DNA of 62,641 nucleotides, counting the filler, from Candidatus Desantisbacteria bacterium CG1_02_49_89 (GTDB taxonomy: Bacteria > Desantisbacteria > UBA1551): NCBI GenBank assembly GCA_001871075.1. It is 5 parts of 5 records of this genome, joined end to end, with 100 filler letters (N's around TTAATTAATTAA, not from the genome) between each part and the next. Parts side by side here need not be neighbours in the genome. Positions count along the whole stretch, not along the records: positions 35,098 to 62,641 come from MNUP01000149.1; 4 more parts are not named here. One strand, given 5' to 3'. Shown here piece by piece: positions 58,613-62,641 of this stretch. Position numbers and translations under genes: made by a program. The notes below the pieces were generated by a model that saw only the letters and a program-made list of their open reading frames with translations, was not told where the DNA came from and searched no databases. The first letter of the stretch is position 1. Each line of letters starts with the position of its first letter.

Positions 58613-60412
58613 ATGATAGAACTTATGGGGGAATGGCGCAGGACGCATCACTGCGCCCAACTAAGAAAGGAAGATATCGGGGAATCTATTATTTTGATGG
58701 GATGGGTTGACGTGCGCCGCGACCACGGCGGCGTCATATTCATAGACCTGCGTGACAGGGAAGGCGTGACCCAGGTGGTTTTCAACCCGCAGCACAGCGA
58801 GCAGCTCCACAAAAAAGCTCATACCCTCAAATCCGAATACGTGATCGCGGTCAAAGGCAGCGTTGTGCCAAGGCCGGCGGAAACGCAGAACCAGAAGCTG
58901 CCAACCGGGGATATAGAGATAAAGGCGGAGGAACTGAGGATCCTGAACGAATCAAAGACACCGCCTTTCGTGATCCAGGACCAGGTTGACGCAACCGAGG
59001 AAGTAAGGCTGAAGTACCGCTACCTGGACCTTCGGCGCCGCCCCATGGTGAAGAACCTGAAACTGCGCTCAGAGGTTTGCATCGCGATCCGCAAGTTCCT
59101 CGCGGAAAAAGGTTTTTTTGAAGTCGAGACCCCGGCGCTTGCGAAGAGCACCCCTGAGGGCGCGAGGGACTTCCTTGTTCCCAGCCGCCTGCTCCCCGGA
59201 GAATTCTACGCCCTGCCGCAGTCCCCCCAGCTGTTCAAGCAGATACTGATGGTGTCCGGCATAGAAAAATATTTCCAGATCGCAAGGTGCTTCCGGGATG
59301 AAGACCTGCGCGCTGACAGGCAGCCGGAATTCACCCAGGTGGACATAGAAATGTCATTCGTTACAGAAGAGGACATTTACCTGCTTATGGAACAGATGGC
59401 CGGCAGGATCTTCAGGGAAGCCCTGGGCCAGGAGATCCCGGTCCCTTTCCAGCGCATAACGCACTCGGACGCAATGGAAAAATACGGGGTGGACAAACCT
59501 GACCTGCGATTCGGGATAGAGCTGTGTGACCTCACTTCCGCGCTCAAGGGCACAGGCTTCAAGGTTTTCAGGGAAATAATCGAAGGCGGCGGCGCTGTCA
59601 AAGGCATAAACGTGGCCGGCGGGGCGAAATTTTCGCTGAAGGAGATAGAGGAGATCATAGCCGTTGCCACAGGCCTGGGAGCAAAAGGCCTTGCATGGAT
59701 AAAGATAGAAGATTCGGGTCCCGCGTCTTCGATCGTGAAATTTTTCAGCAAAGAGGAGCTGGGCGCGATGCAGCAGGCGATGTCAGCAAAGCCCGGCGAT
59801 ATCCTGTTTTTCGTCGCGGACAAGAGAAAGCTTGTGAACGAGGTGCTTGGCAGTCTGAGGATCGAAATGGCGAAAAAGACAGGCCTGATAAAACCCGGGT
59901 TCAAATTTGTCTGGGTGGTTGATTTCCCGCTTTTCGAATGGAACGAGGAAGAGAAAAGGGTACAGCCCACGCATCACCCGTTCGCCTCACCGGCCGAGGA
60001 GGATATAGACAAACTGCTCAGTATCCAGTATCCAGTATCCAGTGTCCAGCAGCTTCTCGAATTAAAGGGACGGGCTTACGACCTGGTGCTCAACGGGGTG
60101 GAGATAGGCAGCGGGAACATAAGGAACCACCGCATTGACGTGCAGAGGGCGATATTCAAGATACTGGGGATCTCTGAAGAGAGCGCGGGTAAAAAGTTCG
60201 GATTTTTCCTTGAAGCCCTTGAATACGGCGCGCCGCCGCACGGCGGTATAGCGCCCGGCCTTGACCGGCTCGTAATGCTGATGGCCGGCGAGGAATCCAT
60301 AAGGGACGTTATCGCTTTCCCGAAAACCGCCACAGGCACCTGCCCGCTTACAGGCGCGCCTTCTGAGGTGGACGAGAAACAGCTAAAGGAACTGCACATC
60401 AAGAAAGCCTAG
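58613..60412 (+). CDS. aspS: Aspartate-tRNA ligase (His in RRDHGG hints at non-discriminating type)
   Basis: [48 protein letters not shown]. Confidence 0.97.
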   Translation: MIELMGEWRRTHHCAQLRKEDIGESIILMGWVDVRRDHGGVIFIDLRDREGVTQVVFNPQHSEQLHKKAHTLKSEYVIAVKGSVVPRPAETQNQKLPTGDIEIKAEELRILNESKTPPFVIQDQVDATEEVRLKYRYLDLRRRPMVKNLKLRSEVCIAIRKFLAEKGFFEVETPALAKSTPEGARDFLVPSRLLPGEFYALPQSPQLFKQILMVSGIEKYFQIARCFRDEDLRADRQPEFTQVDIEMSFVTEEDIYLLMEQMAGRIFREALGQEIPVPFQRITHSDAMEKYGVDKPDLRFGIELCDLTSALKGTGFKVFREIIEGGGAVKGINVAGGAKFSLKEIEEIIAVATGLGAKGLAWIKIEDSGPASSIVKFFSKEELGAMQQAMSAKPGDILFFVADKRKLVNEVLGSLRIEMAKKTGLIKPGFKFVWVVDFPLFEWNEEEKRVQPTHHPFASPAEEDIDKLLSIQYPVSSVQQLLELKGRAYDLVLNGVEIGSGNIRNHRIDVQRAIFKILGISEESAGKKFGFFLEALEYGAPPHGGIAPGLDRLVMLMAGEESIRDVIAFPKTATGTCPLTGAPSEVDEKQLKELHIKKA

Positions 60413-60492
60413 TAAGTTCGTTAAGCGTGTCAACGTATCCCGCCCAGCAAGATTGGCGGGCAGGCGTTGTGTCAACGTGTCAACGCAAAAAC

Positions 60493-61344
60493 ATGGTAAA
60501 AATAATATATTCGAAAAAATGCCTGGGGTACAGGGAACCGGGCCACCCGGAATCGCCTGAAAGGGTCGGTAACTCATATTATCTTTTGAGGGATAAGGGA
60601 TTCGAGTTCATCGAGCCGCAGCCCTGCTCTGAGCAGGACCTGCTCCTGGTGCATTCCGCGGAAATGATAGAAAGCGTTAAGGAAAATACCTTCCGTGACG
60701 GCGACACCCCAAACTTTCCCGGGATATACGATATCGCGAAACTTTCGGCAGGCGGGGCCATAAGGGCAGGCGAGCTCGCTCTTGAAGGCGAAGGCTCGTT
60801 CTCGCTCATGAGGCCGCCGGGCCACCACGCGACAAGGGATATGGTTTACGGGTTCTGTTATTTTAACAACATGGCTATAGCCGTTAAAAAAACGCTAAAG
60901 GCAGATCCCGGGAAGCGCATAGCCATAATAGACATAGACTGCCACCACGGGAACGGCACAGAGGGGATATTCCTGGGGGAAAAGCGTATCGTTTATCTTT
61001 CCCTGCACCAGAGCCCTTTATTTCCCGGCACAGGGCTTGGGCCGCAGAGGAACTGCATAGATTTCCCGCTTTCCGCAGGCACAGGCGAGGAAGAATATCT
61101 CAAAGCCCTGGCAGCCGGGCTGGAAGAGGTAAAAAAATTCGATCCTTCGCTTGTCGCGGTTTCAGCCGGATTTGACACATACGAGAAAGACCCGATATCG
61201 GACATGGACCTGAAGCAGGAAACTTACAGGAAAATAAGTGGGCTTATAAAAGACCTGGGCAGGCCGGTCTTCAGCGTGCTTGAAGGCGGTTACAGCCCTG
61301 ACCTGCCGCATTGCATCTACCAGTACCTGCTCGGGATCGAATAA
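60493..61344 (+). CDS. Histone deacetylase-family amidohydrolase
   Basis: HPESPER, RPPGHHA, GFCYFNN, DIDCHHGNGT, LEGGY. Confidence 0.93.
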   Translation: MVKIIYSKKCLGYREPGHPESPERVGNSYYLLRDKGFEFIEPQPCSEQDLLLVHSAEMIESVKENTFRDGDTPNFPGIYDIAKLSAGGAIRAGELALEGEGSFSLMRPPGHHATRDMVYGFCYFNNMAIAVKKTLKADPGKRIAIIDIDCHHGNGTEGIFLGEKRIVYLSLHQSPLFPGTGLGPQRNCIDFPLSAGTGEEEYLKALAAGLEEVKKFDPSLVAVSAGFDTYEKDPISDMDLKQETYRKISGLIKDLGRPVFSVLEGGYSPDLPHCIYQYLLGIE

Positions 61345-61390
61345 CTCGTACATCGTTCTTCGTGCATCGTGCATCGAAAAAGGAACTAAG

Positions 61391-61645
61391 GTGCTTTTAA
61401 ATATAAAAGTAATTCCGAACGCAAGCAAGCCCAGGATCTGCCCTTTAAATAATCTCTCCTCTCCCCTGGCGGGAGAGGACAAAGGTGAGGGGGCGTTCAA
61501 GGTTTACGTAAAGGCCCCGCCGGTTGACGGGAAGGCGAATAAAGAACTGGTTGAAGCGCTCGCGGAGCATTTCAAGGTAAAAAAGAACCGGGTAGAGATC
61601 ATCCGCGGCGCAACTTCCAGAACGAAAGTCGTTAAGATTATGTAA
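61391..61645 (+). CDS. DUF167/YggU-family protein with in-frame palindrome insertion
   Basis: IKVIPNA..VKAPPVDGKANKEL..IIRGATSRTK. Confidence 0.88.
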   Translation: MLLNIKVIPNASKPRICPLNNLSSPLAGEDKGEGAFKVYVKAPPVDGKANKELVEALAEHFKVKKNRVEIIRGATSRTKVVKIM

Positions 61646-61736
61646 CGGCGCGAAAGGGACTGTCCCAGATTTACGGCCCCGATGTCAATCGGGGCGTAGA
61701 ATCGGGACTGTCCCAATGATACCGACATGAGGTAAA

Positions 61737-62641
61737 ATGCTAAAAGTCTATAACACGCTTTCAAGGACAAAAGAGGAATTTGAACCGCAGGATAAAAATA
61801 ACGTCAGAATGTATGTTTGCGGCATCACCCCCTACGACGAGTGCCACGTTGGGCACGCAAGGTGCTACGTCGTGTTTGACGTGATAAGGCGGTACCTGGA
61901 ATACAGAGGTTTTAAAGTCAATTACGTGCAGAATTTCACGGATATTGACGATAAGATAATAAATAAAGCAAGAGAGCAAAAAGAAGTGGCCAGTGGTCAG
62001 TTGTCAGCTAAAGATAAGGCAAAAGAGATAGCGGAAAGGTACATAGCTGATTATTTCACACAGATGGACGCGCTCAACGTCAGAAGGGCGGACGAATACC
62101 CGAAGGTCACAGAGCATATCAACGAAATAATAAATGTTGTGAAGATACTGCTTGACAAAGGGTATGCGTATGCGACTGAACAAGGTATATATTTTGATGT
62201 TGCCAAATTCACTGAATACGGAAAACTTTCTCACAGGGCAAAAGAAGAACTGATGCCCGGCGCGCGGGTTGAAGTGGACGAAAAGAAAAAGAACCCGCTG
62301 GATTTCGCGCTCTGGAAGGCGGCTAAAGAAGACGAACCTTCCTGGGACAGCCCCTGGGGAAAGGGAAGGCCAGGCTGGCATATCGAGTGTTCTGTCATGT
62401 CAATGGACCACATGGGTTCTTCCACTCTGGACATACACGGGGGCGGCCAGGACCTGATCTTCCCCCACCATGAGAACGAGATCGCCCAGTCAGAAGCATG
62501 CACCGGAAAGCCTTTCGTGAAATACTGGATGCACAACGGGTTCGTTACCACAAACAAGGAAAAAATGTCCAAGTCCCTGGGCAACTTCTTCACGATAAGG
62601 GAAGTGCTGCAAAAATACGACCCGATGGTTGTCCGCCTTTT
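61737..62641 (+). CDS. cysS: Cysteine-tRNA ligase, 3'-truncated by window end
   Basis: [42 protein letters not shown]; absent from the ORF track because no stop. Confidence 0.97.
   Translation, partial: MLKVYNTLSRTKEEFEPQDKNNVRMYVCGITPYDECHVGHARCYVVFDVIRRYLEYRGFKVNYVQNFTDIDDKIINKAREQKEVASGQLSAKDKAKEIAERYIADYFTQMDALNVRRADEYPKVTEHINEIINVVKILLDKGYAYATEQGIYFDVAKFTEYGKLSHRAKEELMPGARVEVDEKKKNPLDFALWKAAKEDEPSWDSPWGKGRPGWHIECSVMSMDHMGSSTLDIHGGGQDLIFPHHENEIAQSEACTGKPFVKYWMHNGFVTTNKEKMSKSLGNFFTIREVLQKYDPMVVRL

Noticed and set aside
41497-62593. Many antisense or alternate-frame ORFs over AAA, Clp and synthetase genes
   Set aside because: Shadows of well-supported genes on the opposite strand or frame
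1-62641. tRNA, rRNA, pyl genes, reverse transcriptase/DGR
   Set aside because: None recognised by eye in this window

Overview
Bacterial draft/MAG sequence made of five contigs (1-7591, 7692-14687, 14788-25053, 25154-34997, 35098-62641) joined by artificial 100-nt N/TTAATTAATTAA/N linkers, so synteny across linkers is meaningless; I cannot assign the taxon from sequence alone. Contig 1: three secreted proteins sharing a C-terminal DUF11-like domain (candidate isopeptide-linked pilus/adhesin set), the last two behind a c-di-GMP-I-like riboswitch. Contigs 2 and 4 and the start of contig 5: co-oriented accessory genes (HigBA-, HicAB-, MNT-HEPN-type TA pairs, RhuM, ORF6N, DUF488, AAA_14, secreted propellers) separated by short conserved GGGGACGG(G)TTC / GGG(T)GTCAG / GGGGACAC junction motifs; the same motif brackets a RAYT-like Y1 HUH transposase as an inverted pair, suggesting an integron-like, HUH-associated cassette array. 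Contig 3: a diacetamido-uronic-acid type polysaccharide cluster. Contig 5 also has two paralogous AAA+ ATPases with [IM]GF tails next to ClpP and an atypical ClpX, then housekeeping genes (glyQS, speD/speE, rplM-rpsI, aspS, cysS). Throughout the window, several families of miniature hairpin elements insert into 7-9-mer tandem repeats and into each other, and both repeats and hairpins sit in-frame in housekeeping genes. Two secreted propeller genes carry an in-frame amber codon in the same TAG-GTT-AAY context. All family assignments are from motif recognition, not database searches.
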